Assembly: GCF_004010195.1 (NCBI RefSeq)
Contig: NC_057728.1
Span: 40,194,918-40,258,917, forward strand
Source of the DNA: Chiloscyllium plagiosum
Lineage: Eukaryota
Length of the DNA: 64,000 nucleotides
Direction: 5' to 3'
Numbering within the stretch: position 1 is the stretch's first letter; every line of letters starts with the position of its first letter. Below the pieces are notes generated by a model. It ran no database searches, had not been told where the DNA came from, and saw only the letters and a program-made list of their open reading frames with translations. Both the position numbers and the translations under genes were made by a program. Shown here piece by piece: positions 37,075 to 50,292 of the stretch.

Positions 37075-37345
37075 GGGAGGGTGGGTTATTTGGGGGTGTG
37101 GACATGACGAAGTAGTCGCGGAGGGAATGGTCTTTACCGAAAGCAGGTAGAGTTGGGAAGGGAAGTATATCTCTGGTGGTGGGGTTGTTTGTAGGTGTCG
37201 GAAATGGTGGAGGTTGATGTGATGTATACGGAGGTTGGTGGGATGGAAGGTAAGAGCCAGGGGGGTTCTGTCCTTGTTGTGGTTGGAAGGGTGGGGTCTG
37301 AGGGTGGAGGTGTGGGACGTAGATGAGATGCGCTGGAGGTCTCAT
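37075..37345 (-). mobile_element. Internal Penelope fragment
   Basis: Paralogous to 38260-38510; flanked by direct repeat attaaagg. Confidence 0.8.
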
Positions 37346-37525
37346 TAAAGGAAAAAGAATAACTAGAGAGAGAATAGACTCTCAAGAGCAAAGGTTAACA
37401 TGTATATGTAGAACCACGGGAGATGGGCAATGTTTTCAGTGAATATTTCTCCTCTGTGTTTACCATGGAGAAAGACTTGAAGACTTGGGAACTTAGGGAA
37501 GTTAGTGGTCATATCATGGGGACAA

Positions 37526-39665
37526 GAGTGTGGTGTTGAAAAGGCACAGCAGCCCTGGCAGCATCTGAGGAGGAGGACAATCGACGTTTTGGGCAAAAGC
37601 CCTTCATCAGGAATGAGGTTGGGAGCCTCGGGGGTGGAGTGATAAATGGGAGGGGATGGGTCTGGGGGGAAGGTAGCTGGGAGTACAATAGGTAGATGGA
37701 GGAGGCAGTAAAGGTGATAGGTCAGAGAGGAGAATGGAGCAGATCGGTGGGAAGGAAGATGGACAAGTGGGACAGGTCATGAGGGTGGTGCTGACCTGGA
37801 AGGTTGGAACTGGGGAAAAGTTGGGAGAGAGGAAATGAGGAAACTGGTGAAATCCACATTGATGTCAAGGGGTTGGAGGGTCACAAGGCAGAAGATGAGG
37901 CGTTCTTCCTCCAAGTGTTGGGTGTTTCGGGATTGGTGATAGAGGAGACCCAGGACTTGCACGTCCTCAGCTGAGTGGGAGAGGGGGTTGAAGTGTTAGG
38001 CCACGGGTTGGTGTTGTTGATTGGTACGGGTGTCCCGGAGATGTTCTTTGACGTGCTCTGCAAGTAAGCATCCTATCTTCCCAATGTAGAGGAGACCGCA
38101 TCGGGAGCAACGGATACAGTAAGTGACATGTGTGGAAGTGCAGGTGAAACTTTGATGGATGTGGAAGGTTCCTTTGGGGCCTTGGAAGGAGGTGAGAGGG
38201 GAGGTGTGGCTGCAGGTTTTGCAATTCCTGTCGTGGCAGGGGAAGGTGCCGGGAGGGGAGGGTGGGTTATTTGGGGGCGTGGACCTGATGAAGTAGTCGC
38301 AGAGGGAACGGTCTTTATGGAAAATAGATAGGGGTGGGGAGGGGAATATATCTCTGGTGGTGGGGTCCATTTGTAGGTTCGGAAATGGCAGAGGATGATG
38401 TGACGTATACAGAGGTTGGTAGGGTGGAAGGTGAGGACCAAGGGTGTTCTGTCCTTGTTGTGGTTGGAGTTCAATGGCAGAGATGCAGGACATAGATGAG
38501 ATGCACTGGAGAGCATCATTAACCAAGTGGGAGGGAGAATTGCAGTCTGAAAAGAAGGAGGCCATCTGGTGTGTTCTGTGGTGGAACTGGACTTCCTAGG
38601 AACAGATGCAACAGAGGCGGAGGAATTGGGAATAAGGGATAGCATTTTTGCAGGAGACAAGATAGGAGGAAGTGTAATCCTGGTAGCTTTGGGAGTCGGT
38701 GGGTTTGTAGAAAATGTTAGTGTTGAGTCAGTCCTCGTGAATGGAGATGGAGAGGTCCAGGAAGGGGAGAGAGGTGTCAGAGATGGTCCAGGTGAATTTG
38801 AGGTTAGGGTGGAATGTGTTGGTGAAGTTGATTAACTGTTCAACCTCCTCATGGGAGCACAAGGTGGCGCTGAAGCAGTCATTAATGTAAAGGATGAAAA
38901 GGTGGGGAGTGGTGCCAGTGTAACTGTGGAAGATAGACAGTTCCACGTAGCCGACAAAGAGACTGGCATAGCTGGGGCCCATGCAGGTGCCCATGGCTAC
39001 CCCTTTTGCCTGGAGGAAGTGGGAGGATTCGAAGGAAAAATTGTTGAGGGTGAGGACCAGTTCAGCCAAACAAATGAGAGTGTCAGTAGAAGGGTACTGG
39101 TGGGAATGTCAGGAGAGGAAGAAACTGAGGGCTTGGAGGCCCTGACTATGGTGGATGGAGTTGTTTAAGGACTGGATGTCCAAGGTGAAGATGAGGCGTT
39201 GGAAGCCGGGGAAATGGAAAGCTTGGAGAAAATGGAGGGCGTAGGTGGTATCCCGAATGTATGCGGGGAGTTCCTGTACCGGGGAATGGGACAGTATCGA
39301 GGTAGGTGGAGATGAATTTGGTGGGGCAGGAGCAGGCTGAGATGATAGCTCAGCTGGGGTAGTTAGGCTTGTGGATCTTGGGTAGGAGGTAGAACCAGTG
39401 GTGTGGGGTTCCTGAACTATGAGTTTGGAAGCTATGGGTGGAAGATCCTCAGAGGTGATGAGGTTGTGTATATGTGTATTGGAGGCAGGTGAAAGGGTCC
39501 TCAGAAAGTGGGTGGGAGTCTTGATTGAAAAAGTAAGCTCGGAGGTGGAGGCGGGGGAAGAAGTGCTCAACGTCACAAAGCGTATTGAATTTGTTGATGC
39601 GTGGACGGAGGGGGATGAAGATGATGCCTTTGCTGAGGACTGATCATTCGTCCTCAGTGAGGAGG
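37526..39665 (-). mobile_element. Penelope-like element (Neptune-type; RT, Cys linker, GIY-YIG)
   Basis: KGVAMGTCMGPSYASLF; PGTFPCHDRNCKTCSH; YCIRCSRCGLLYIG; 15-bp TSD atatcatggggacaa 37511-37525 / atatcctggggacaa 39666-39680; hammerhead motif ~37583-37610. Confidence 0.93.
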
Positions 39666-40283
39666 ATATCCTGGGGACAATCTATATCACAGATATTGGA
39701 CATATTAGAATGTATGAAGGTGGGTAAATCTCCTAGTCCTGACCAGATATATCCAAGAACACTGCTAGATGTTAGAGAAGAAATTACTGGAGGCCTGGCT
39801 GATATTTTTGCATCACTATTAGCCACAAGCGAGATCCTGGAAGACTGGAGGGTAGCAAGTGTTGTGTTCTTATACAAGAAGGGCTGCAAAGAGAAATTTG
39901 GGAACTATAGACCAGTAAGCTTAACATTTGTGGTAGGTAAGTTACTTGAGAAAATTCTGAGAGATGATATACATGCATTTAGAAAGACAGGGTTTGATTA
40001 GGAGGAGTCAGCACGGCTTTGTGCATGGGAGATCATGCCTCATTAATTTGTTGGAGTTCTTTCATGAAATGACCAGTAAGGTTGACCTGGACAAGGCAGT
40101 AGGCATAGTCTATATGGATCTCTGTGAGGCCTTTGATAAAGTTCCACATGGTGGGCTGCTCTGGAAGGTTAGATTTCGTGAAATCTAGGGGTAGCTGGCA
40201 AATTGTATACACAATTTGCTTGATGGTAGGAAGCAGAGGGTAATAGTGGAAAAATGTTTGACAGACTGGAGGCCCGTGACTAG

Positions 40284-40489
40284 CGAAAAGTGTGGTGCTG
40301 GAAAAGAATCTGAACAGCAAGAGAGTTGATATTTTGGGCATAAGCCCTTCATCAATCTTTCATCCTGATGAAGGGCTTATGCCCAAAACATCGATTCTCC
40401 TGCTCCTTGGTTGCTGATTGACCTGCTGTGCCTTTTCAGCACCACACTTTTCAATTCTGATCTCCAGCATCTGCAGTCCTTACTTTCTC
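40284..40489 (+). mobile_element. Fold-back Penelope pLTR remnant with opposed hammerhead motifs
   Basis: Inverted repeat, CTGATGA 40365-40371, flanked by CTAG duplication inside CR1 RT. Confidence 0.85.
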
Positions 40490-40563
40490 CTAGTGGAGTG
40501 CCTCAGGAATAGATGCTGGGCCCATTGCTTTTTGTTATCTACAACAAGACAATGTAAAAGGCA

Positions 40564-42910
40564 AAGAGTCATAGAGTCAAAGAGATGTACAGCATGGAAA
40601 CAGACCCTTTGGTCCAACTCATCCATGTTGACCAGATATCCCAACCCAATTTAGTCTCACCTGCCAGCACCTGGCCCATTTCCCTCCAAACCCTTCCTAT
40701 TTACATACCCATCCAAATGCCTTTTAAATGCTGCAATGGTACCAGCCTTCACCACTTCTTCTGGCAGCCCATTCTACACACGTACCACCCTCTGCGTGAA
40801 AAAGTTGCCCCTTATGTCTCTTTTATATCTTTCCCCTCTCACCCTCAACCTATGCCCTCTAGTTCTGGATTCGCCCACTCCAGGGAAGAGACATTGTCTT
40901 TTTATCCTATCCATGCCCCTCGTGATTTTATAAACCTCTATAAGGTCACCCCTTAGCCTCCAACGCTCCAGGGAAAACAGCTCCAGCCTTTTCAACCTCT
41001 CTATATAGCTCAAATCATCCTTGTAAACCTTTTCTGAACCCTTTCAAGTTTCACAATATCTTTCCAATAGGAAGGAGACCAGAATTGCACGTAATATTCC
41101 AGAAGTAGCTTAACTAAAGTCCTGTACAGCTGCAACCAGACTTCCCAACTCTGTAGTCAATACTCTGACAAAAAGGGAAGCATAACAAACGCCTTCTTCA
41201 CTATCCTATCTACTTGCGACTCTACTTTCAAGAAGCTATTATGGAAAATAAAGAGCATGAGAGCATGGGAAGGGTTAAAGCATGAAGAACACTGGCAATC
41301 TGTTACTAGAGGTCTGTGGAATGCTACACTAGTCAAAAGTTGATTGTGGCAGGATGGGTCACTGTGGCAGGATGAGATTAGAATAGTGGAATGCTGCTAC
41401 ACCAACTAGCAGAGTCAGGTTGGGGCTGAAAGGTCACTGTGCCAGGATAGGATAACAACAATTAGTAAAGTCAGCCTCACCTGCTAAATATCATCATGGC
41501 ACGTTGGGACAGGTCACGACAATAAATATTTAGGACATGACACTAAATATTTAAGTAATAGTTAGTAGAGTCAGAATGCTTGAAACCCTTGTGGCAGGAA
41601 TGAAAATAAATATCTAATCAGTAGTTAGCAGGGTCAGCCTGGGACACCATTGTGATAGATGGGTTAGTAAAATATCTAATCATGACAGGTCGGCCTAGAT
41701 TGGAAGGCCATTGTGGCAGAAGTGGTAGTAAAATTTTTTAACTATGACATTAGAATAATATTAAGTGGAACATAACAAAAACCCATAGTGGCAGAAGTGG
41801 AGAGATAATAGGAACTAACATTATTGGTTTATTGTATATCTGGAGTGAGGTAAGTCTGATTACCACAGTTGGGCATGTTGATAAGCCAACCTAAGCATGA
41901 TGACAAAAAGGTATAAAGAGCCACGGACCCTGAGGTTCGGGGGCAATCAAGAATTCGCTTTCTGAGTGTCATGGTTTTTTGTTTGCAAATAAAAGACCTC
42001 CTCCTTGAAGAACTCTCTGCGTCTCCTGGTGATTCTCTACATTTTCTCCATGACACTATGAACCTGCACTCCAAGGTCTCTTTGTTCAACAACACTCGCC
42101 AGGACCTTACCATTAAGTGTTTAAGTCCTGCTAAGATTTGCTTTCTCAAAATGCAGCACCTCACATTTTTCTAAATTAAACTCTTTCTGCCACTCCTCAG
42201 CCCATTGGCTCATCTGATCATGATCCTGTTGTAATCAGAGGTAACCTTCTTCGCTGTCCATTACACCTCCGATTTGGTGTCGTCTGCAAACTTTTACCTC
42301 TTATGCTCATATCCAAATCATTTATATAAATGACAAAAACTAGTGGACCCAGCATCGATCCTTGTGGCACTTCACTGGTCACAGGTCTCCAGTCTGAAAA
42401 ACAACCCTTCACTGCCACCCTCTGTCTTCTACCTTTGAGCCAGTTGTGTATCCAAATGGCTAGTTCTCCCTGTATTCTGTGAGATCTAACCTTGCTAACC
42501 AGTCTCCCATGGGGAACCTTGTCGAATGCCTTACTGAAGTCGATATAGATCACATCTACCACTCTACCCCCCTCAATCCTCTTCTTCAAAAAATTCAATT
42601 AAATTTGTGAGACATGATTTCCCACATACAAAGCAATGTTGACTATTCCTAATCAGTCCTTCCCTTTCCAAATACATTCTGTATATCCTGTCCCTCAGGG
42701 TTCCCTCCAACAACTTGCCTAACACTGATGTCAGTCTCACTGATCTATTGTTCCCTGGCTTGACCTTACCACCTTTCTTAAACAGAGGCACCACGTTAGC
42801 CAACCTCCAGTCTTCCAGCACCTCACCTGTGATTATCGACGATACAAATGTCTCAGCAGAAGGCTCAGCAATCACTTCCCTAGGTTCCCACAGGGTTCTA
42901 AGGTACACCT
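40564..42910 (-). mobile_element. CR1-type LINE nested antisense in another CR1
   Basis: Tail 'agagtcatagagtc' at left; RT motifs [23 protein letters not shown]. Confidence 0.92.
41240..42055 (+). mobile_element. Solo LTR (Gypsy-like, 4-bp TSD)
   Basis: CTAT duplication 41236-41239 / 42056-42059; ends ...CCATGACA with imperfect terminal inverted repeat; TATAAA 41912, AATAAA 41988; repeated tgtggcagga motifs upstream. Confidence 0.75.
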
Positions 42911-45900
42911 GCATGATTAGTAAGTTTGCAGATGACACTAAAATAGGCAATATTGTGGACAGTGAGGAAGTTTATCAGAAATCGCAGCAGGACCTTGATC
43001 AGCTAGGGAAGTGGGCCGAGAAATGGCAAATGGAGTTTAATATGGATAAGTTTGAGGTCTTGCATTTTGCAAAGTCAAATCAAGGTAGGAATTTCATGGT
43101 GAATGGTAGGACCTTACGGAGTGTTGTGAACAGAGGGACCTTGGCGTTTAGGTGCATGGTTTTCTGAAAGTGGTATCTCAGAAGAAGCTTTAGGCACACG
43201 GCCTTCATCAGTTAAGGCATTGAGAATATAAGTTGGGATGTTATTTTACAGTTACACAGGACATTGGTGAGGCTGCACTTGGAGTATAATGTTCAGTTTT
43301 GGTCACCTTGCTATAGAAAGGATGTTATTAAACTGGAAAGAGGACAGAAGAAATTTACAAGGATGTTGCCAGGACTCAACGGTCTGAATTATAGGGAGAG
43401 GTTGGACAAACTAGGACTTTTTTCTTTAGAGCATAGGAGACTGAGGGGTGATCTTATAGAGGTGTATAAGATGATGAGTGACATGGATAGGGTGAATGCA
43501 CCTTTTTTTTGCAGGGTTGGGGAGTCACGGACTAGAGGGTATCAGCTTAAGGTTAGAGGGGAAAGAATGAAAGGGAACCTGAGAGGCAACTTGTTTACAC
43601 AGAGGGTGGCACACATATGGAATGAACTTCCAGCAGAAGTTGTTCAGGCAGGTATGTTAACAACATTTAAAGGACATTTGGATAAATACATGGATAGGGA
43701 AAGTTTAGAAGGACATAGATCAACTGCAAAGAAATGGTTTTAGCGTAAGTGGACATTTTGGTCGTCATGGTCCAGTTTGGGCCAAAGGGCCTGTCTGTGT
43801 ACTGTAGAACTCTATGACTCTATATGTCAGGCTCAAGGTACAACTTCCAACTTAAAAATGGCTAAACTATTTAGTAGTGAAATGATAAGTATAAAAGATG
43901 CTATGTTTCCAAATTTATTTTTAAGGGAAATCTCATCCACACCTTTCTGATTTTCTGTTCTTTTAAAAATAGAGGTTAGAAAATTACAGGAAGCTTGCGC
44001 TGAATTTATGATGCACCCTTACAGCAGCTAAAGCTAGTTCTGCACTGGGAACATAAATTTGGAAAGTTTGACTCTGGTGGATTTTCTACATGATTAAAAT
44101 TATTTAACTGTTATATTTTCAAGTCTTGTTTCCCAGTTTATGGTTGTTATTATTGATGCTACAAAATGTCAGAGGATTACTTCTCACACGTGTAGAAACA
44201 CTAATTAACATTATAGTCAGCAATGCCTAGCTACAGGGAATAGGTGCCGGTTTCTTAATTATATAAAATAGGAAATAGAGCCATAGGCTAGTTGACCGCT
44301 TGAGCTTGCTCCACCATTCATCAGAAGCAAGGTTGATCTAACGTTGGCATCAACTCTCTTTTCCAGTCTGCACATTCTATCATGCTAGATTTGGTTGCAG
44401 ATCAAAAATCTTTCGAACTAACCTTTAATACATTGAATGTCCCAGCCTCCATGCTCTCTGGAGTTTAGAATTCCAAAAATGATCAAATAAATTCCTTCTC
44501 GTCATTGTCTTAAATGGGAGACTGTCTCATTGAAACTGTATCCCCTAATTCTAGTTTCCCTCACTTCTAAAGATAACTTAAAAGATAAAATAAAAATAAA
44601 ATATGGCACCATTGAGAGAAATTAGATTGTGGTGGAATTATATTTAAAAGTAAACAAGAAGTAAGTAAGCTCTTCAGAAATAACAACAAAGGAATTTTGG
44701 AGTTAACTTAGATCGATCCTGGAGATGTTTTGGAAAAGAGGAATCTCCAACTTGTAACCTTATAATGAGATGGTAAAAATCAATAAAGATGTACTTTGAA
44801 CAATCCATTGTCCATGTAGGGTTCAAAACTGCAACCCAGGGATTGAGAGTCCCATTTAGCTAAGAATTCACTGGCCAGGTTCTGTTGGAACTCCCCACAC
44901 ACTGACTGTTCACAAGAACACACAAAATATGAACAAGAGTAGACTATACAGCCCACTGAACCTGTTCTAGAATTCAATACAATCATGGTGGATCTTGGTC
45001 TTCAACTCCAGTTTTCTGCCTGTATCTCTTTTCACTTGATTCCCTGCTGGACCAAACATCTGACAAGCTCAGCCTTAAGTGTACTCAATAATGGGGACTC
45101 CACAGTGCTTTAGGCTAGAAAATTCCAAGGATTCACAACCCTTTAAACAAATTATATCTCCTCCTCTCAATCCTAAATAATCAACACCTAATCCTAAAAT
45201 GACCAATCCCCCCCCCACCCCTGTCGCCCACAATGTTTCAACTTGTTCATTATCTTTGTAAAATTTCCTCACCAGACAGACAAAATACATTCTTTATAAG
45301 CCGGTTCGGAGTGGGCAAGTGGTAAAAGCAAATATTACTCTTTCAGTTTTATCATCCAATCTGAAACTAAAGTGAATTTTGATGATTACATGATCTGCTG
45401 ATAAGGTAGGGAGAACTGTGTTTTAACAAGAATAAATAAGTAGAGAAAGATCTATTCAAAACCAATAGTTGGCATTTCATTTATACAGTTAAAATTTCCA
45501 TGTGAAACTGACTTGAGGCCAAGAAGATTCACACCCTCCAGCTTATTGGGAAAAGCTGTGCATGCTGCTGTCGGTCACAGTGCAGGATGAGTATAAATGC
45601 AGGACTGGCCCTGACATCTGATTGGTCAGGTTAGGAGTTGTAGCAATCCATTGTACACTGGAACAGACCTCTGAGTGATTGTGAGGATTAGTCATAAATT
45701 AACTTGAATAGTACTACATATATATATACTGTATTTGTAATCACCTTAATCTTGAAAAAAATCAGTGTTATTGTTTATCTTAATCTTTTGCATGTTTTTC
45801 CACACAGTATAGAATCTCTTCTTTCTATTTCTCCATCAACTCCTTTGCTATTTGTTTGATGGTGTGAAAATTTGGTGATCTGTTTAACCTCCAGCTGAGC

Positions 45901-46674
45901 TTTAAATCTCATTTCCCAAACACCAACTTTGGCCCAGCTCTTCAGATCTCTGGATGGTCATAGACTGGATGTGAAGCCTAAGGTGCAATTCAGGACACCT
46001 CACAAGTCCCAATGCAATGTCTCTGGGACCTTCAGATGGGCAATTCCTCTGCTCCTTGGCACCCTCTAAAAGTGTATCGCACTCTGAGTTAAGTCAGAGA
46101 CTTCAGACCATCTAACCTGTTTACTTCATTTGTTACCCAGGCAATGGCAGCCGGGAAAATCTGACTCAAATTTTTGTCTGTCTATATATACAACTAACCC
46201 AAAGTCATCTCTGTGACCATTCCCTTGAATGTTAGACTGCACTCCCAGCAACCTGACTCTTCTGAACTGATAACCCCCACTGACACTATCCATCCCATTT
46301 GTTACTCTAAAAATCTTACTCACCGCTTTCCGTTAATGCACTTGTCTGATTCATGATACCACAAAATAGTGCAGCTACCGCTGTAGAAAGGAAGTGCTGT
46401 TTTTGCATGGATTCTATGTGCTGCTTGCTTTGAGGTTTCATTCATTGAGTCAGTTCTCAAGGACCATTGGAAACATTAGAGGAAGATAAGTGTTTTTGTT
46501 TGATTGATCAGGGTTGGAAATAGGGCTTGGGAGATCTGGGTCCTTAGTCCTTTATTGCTCAAATTCTGTTCTAAGCTTCCATCTTCTGGAAGACAAATTT
46601 CGAGTTCTTTCTACACCAACGTTCATTAGTTGAAAACTTTGTTCCTGATATTTACAAAGAATTCAATTTGTTTT

Positions 46675-47480
46675 ATTCACTCATGGCTGGCCAACATTTG
46701 TTGTCCGTCTCTTAAGAAGATGGTGCTGTGCTGCCATCTTGAGCTGCTGCTGTCCACATGCTATAGGTAGACCCACAATGCCCTTCAGGAGGAAACTCTA
46801 GGATTTTAACCTAGTAACAGTGAAGGTATGGTAAAATGTTTCCAATTCAGGATGATGAGTAGCTTGGAGGGGAACTCTGAAGGTGGTGGTGTTCGCATTT
46901 GTCTGCTGTCCCTGTACTTCTAGATAAAAGTCTCATGGGTTTGGAAGGTGCTGTCTAAGTATCTTGGGTGAATTTTTGCAGTGCATCTTGTAGATCGTAC
47001 ACACTGCTGCTACTGAGCAGGGAACAGATGCTTCTGGATGTGATGTCACTCAAGTGGGCTTCTTTGTCCTGGATGGTACCAATCCTCTTGAGTGTTGTTG
47101 GAGCTGCACCCATCCAGATAGGTGGCGAGTATTTCATCACACTCCTGGGCAATCAGGAGGTGAGTTATTTGCACATATTCCTAGCCTCTGACCTGCTCTT
47201 GAGTGTTGTTGGAGCTGCACCCATCCAGATAGGTGGCGAGTATTTCATCACACTCCTGACTTATGCCTTGTTGATGGTGGATAGACTTTGGGCAATCAGG
47301 AGGTGAGTTATTTGCACATATTCCTAGCCTCTGACCTGCTCTTGTGGTGAGTCTAGTTGAGTTTCTGGTCAATGGTAACCCCCCAGGATATTTATAGTGG
47401 GTGATTCAGTGATGGTAACACCATCAAGGGGTGATAATTAGATCATCACTTATTGGAGATGGTTAATGCTTGGCACTTGT
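46675..47480 (-). mobile_element. L2/CR1-clade LINE 3' fragment with internal duplication
   Basis: ORF fragments RSVMKYSPPIWMGAAPTTLKRIGTIQDK; tail shared with 28550-28840. Confidence 0.7.
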
Positions 47481-49099
47481 TCCTTTGCAAGTGGGGAATG
47501 TCTTAATGAAGTGTCTCACCCCTTCACAAAAGGCCAGAAATGAGGAGAAATGCCTTCATCTAGAGAATGGTGAGCCTGTGAAATTCTCTGCTACAGGAAA
47601 CTGTTGTGGCCAAAACATTGAAAGCTTTCGATAAAAATATGGATATAGTTTTTAGGACTAAAGGGGTCAGGGGATATGTGGAAAAAATGGAATCAGAGTA
47701 CCGAGTTGATTGGTCAGCCATGATCATATTGAATGGTATATTTGTGCTCCTATTTTCTGTGTTTCTATGCTCCTATAACATCTGTTCACTAGACTGTTTG
47801 ACACCATAAAAAGGCCAATGGACTATACAGGGCTGGCTGAAATTCCTTCACTATGTTTCAGGTTTAACTCCTTCTATTGTCCCTTTTGGAGGAGTCAGCA
47901 TCAAAAACTTTACCTTGTAAAGTTATAGCCTAAAGCTACACATAAAGTTACACATATTCAGCATTCCCATCCTTGTTTAATATCAGTTCAGTTTCAACAT
48001 AATGACTCCGTTTTTGCTGTCAGAGGTTACCAGAGGGCACTCAACATTCATTACATTTACATCAGCTTGCAGAATTTGCATAGGTTTTAACCCAGCAACT
48101 TCATCATCAACAGCCCATAACTGTGTGATGTCCTATAGAGTATCTGAATTTGTGAACAGAACAAAAAAACAATGTGCCAGATGTAGAACCCTCACTTAGG
48201 CAAAGAGTCCATAGCAGAAAGTGTAAGTTTGAACATTTCATTCAATGTTAAATCATTTACAGAAAGTAAAATAAAATGAGGAAAAGAAAGATGGGTTTAA
48301 GAGTCAGTTAAAAGAGAAAGAAAAATACCGTGATAAAATATCTTTTAAAATCACCAACGAATTAAGATATTCCACACTCGCAAAGGCACATTGTCAGGGT
48401 CAGAAAGATAGTATGCAAGTAAATAAGGCTTTCATGGTGTTAAACGTTTACCTAAACTTGATTAACCAAGTCCCAACATTTTCTGCTTAATAAATATTTG
48501 ATAGACAAGATCAGCAACTTTATATTCTTCATGTTTGAATACTAAATGCTGGTTTATTGAAGTTTGTGGAGGAGCAGCATAGCTCAATTGGAAACATCTT
48601 AATTGCTGTTTTCAACTATACATAGCAGATCTTATAATTTGCTGTCTAATTCACAACTTGATAATGGTGAGCACTGATAATCTTATGATTATGACTTTTG
48701 CAAAGCTCAGGCCAATAAATTTTAAACCTTTCATCAACTTTTCTATTTTGGCTTTTTTTCTATGTTATATGTGGTTACCACACTGTTAGTTGATCATTTC
48801 TAAATCATCATTCATTTCAACCATCATATTTTTGGTTTTGACAGGAAGTTTTACAAGATGACACCCTTCTTACAGCTAACCCTCCCTAGGTTTCCGAGCA
48901 GGAGACTGACTGACTTGACTGCACCTTCCATACATGGCTGTGAATGCATACTATCCCTTTGAATTTTGTTTCCTACTTAAACCCCCACCTCTGGACATCA
49001 TCAGTTGCCCTTCAACATCGTACCTTTGCTATCTAGGAATTCTGCCTCTACTGCACCAATCTCATAACTTACCTATGAACTCACTGAATTTTTTCATAT

Positions 49100-49345
49100 T
49101 CATTCATGCAATGAGACCAACCAGCTGGTTGGCCAGACCAGCATTTATTGTCCAACCCTAATTGCCCAGAGGGCAGGTTAAGAATCAACCACATTGCTAT
49201 CTTTCTGAAGTCACATGTAGGCCAGACCAGGTAAGGAAGGCAATTTCCTTCCCTATAGGACATTTGGTGAACCACATGAGTTTTCCTGACAATTGACAAT
49301 GGTTTCATATCATCATTAGACTTTTAATTTCAGATTTTGATTGAA
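49100..49345 (-). mobile_element. tRNA-derived SINE, same family as 2655
   Basis: Shared core and tail. Confidence 0.7.
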
Positions 49346-49697
49346 CTCAGACTCCAATCCATGTATCTTTACCGGTAATTCACAATCAACCGGGGATGTA
49401 TGGTTACCTGAACTAACTCTGGTTTGCTGTATTTGTCTCTGTATCCAAAAAATATCTAAAAATCTCTCTTCATCTAAGCCTTTGATCATCATTAATTTCT
49501 TCCAATTTATATTCAGCCTTTGCTTTTTCCTTTTTCAAAGTATGATGAGATACACATCCACTCTATAGTGATTGTAATGAGGCCAGGCAGGTGGACCTCA
49601 TAGAATACGAGTTGCCTGCTTGGGACTGTTAATCTGGTCCAATTAGGGAGCCCTAGTTTACAGATATAAACAGGATTGTCCCCTGGAGAAGGAGCAC

Positions 49698-49997
49698 ATG
49701 CTCCTGATCTTTGGGCACCCGGTACGGAGGAAGGAGGGCAGGTCTGAAGATCTCCTCGTGGTTCTGCTCCTGGGCCTGGCCAAACTGGCCATTAACAGGT
49801 CCAGGCAGCGGGCCGTGGGGGGGGTCGTTAGGGCCGACTGCCTGCCCCTCTTCCGCGGTTATGTTAGAGCCCGGGTGTCCTTGGAGAAGGAGCACGCGGT
49901 GTCCACCAACACCCTGGAGTTGTTCAGGGAGAGGTGGGCGCCGCAGGGAGTGGAGTGCATCATTTCTCCCTCCAACTCTAAGAAAAAAAATAAAAAA
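49698..49997 (+). mobile_element. Young Tx1-clade LINE 3' fragment (ORF2 C-terminus, A-rich tail)
   Basis: LLIFGHPV..DLLVVLLLGLAKLAINRSR..LFRGYVRARV..FRERWA resembles the Xenopus Tx1 ORF2 C-terminus; CpG-rich; exact 32-bp flanking direct repeat. Confidence 0.85.
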
Positions 49998-50012
49998 ATA
50001 AACAGGATTGTC

Positions 50013-50292
50013 CCCTGGAGAAGGAGCACGCAGTGTCCACCAACACCTTTGAGCTGTTCAGGGAGAGCTGGGCACCGCAGGGATTGGAGTGGTTTTTTTA
50101 CCCTTCCAACTCTATTTTTATTTAATCCCTGCCCTCCCCTTCACTTTTTTTTGATTGCGCAGCATTGCCCTTTGTTGAGAAGGGCACTGCTTGTCACTGG
50201 CCATCCTGGTGTTTCCTTTCTTCCTGTGGTGGAATATAAATGAAGATTTATACACCTGTTGTTATTCACCATGTCCTACATGTGCACACAAA
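50013..50292 (+). mobile_element. Older Tx1-clade LINE 3' end including 3' UTR
   Basis: Diverged copy of 49880-49980 continuing into a T-rich UTR. Confidence 0.75.

Larger units (their letters stand above)
36905..43820 (+). mobile_element. CR1-type LINE hosting four nested insertions
   Basis: Collinear CR1 pieces at 36905-37074, 37346-37525, 39666-40283, 40490-40563, 42911-43820 ending in a 'ctctatgactcta' tail. Confidence 0.9.

Noticed and set aside
41340..41800. Regularly spaced tgtggcagga motifs as a CRISPR-like array
   Set aside because: Repeats are short and degenerate, intervening segments resemble each other, and the array lies within an LTR in vertebrate DNA
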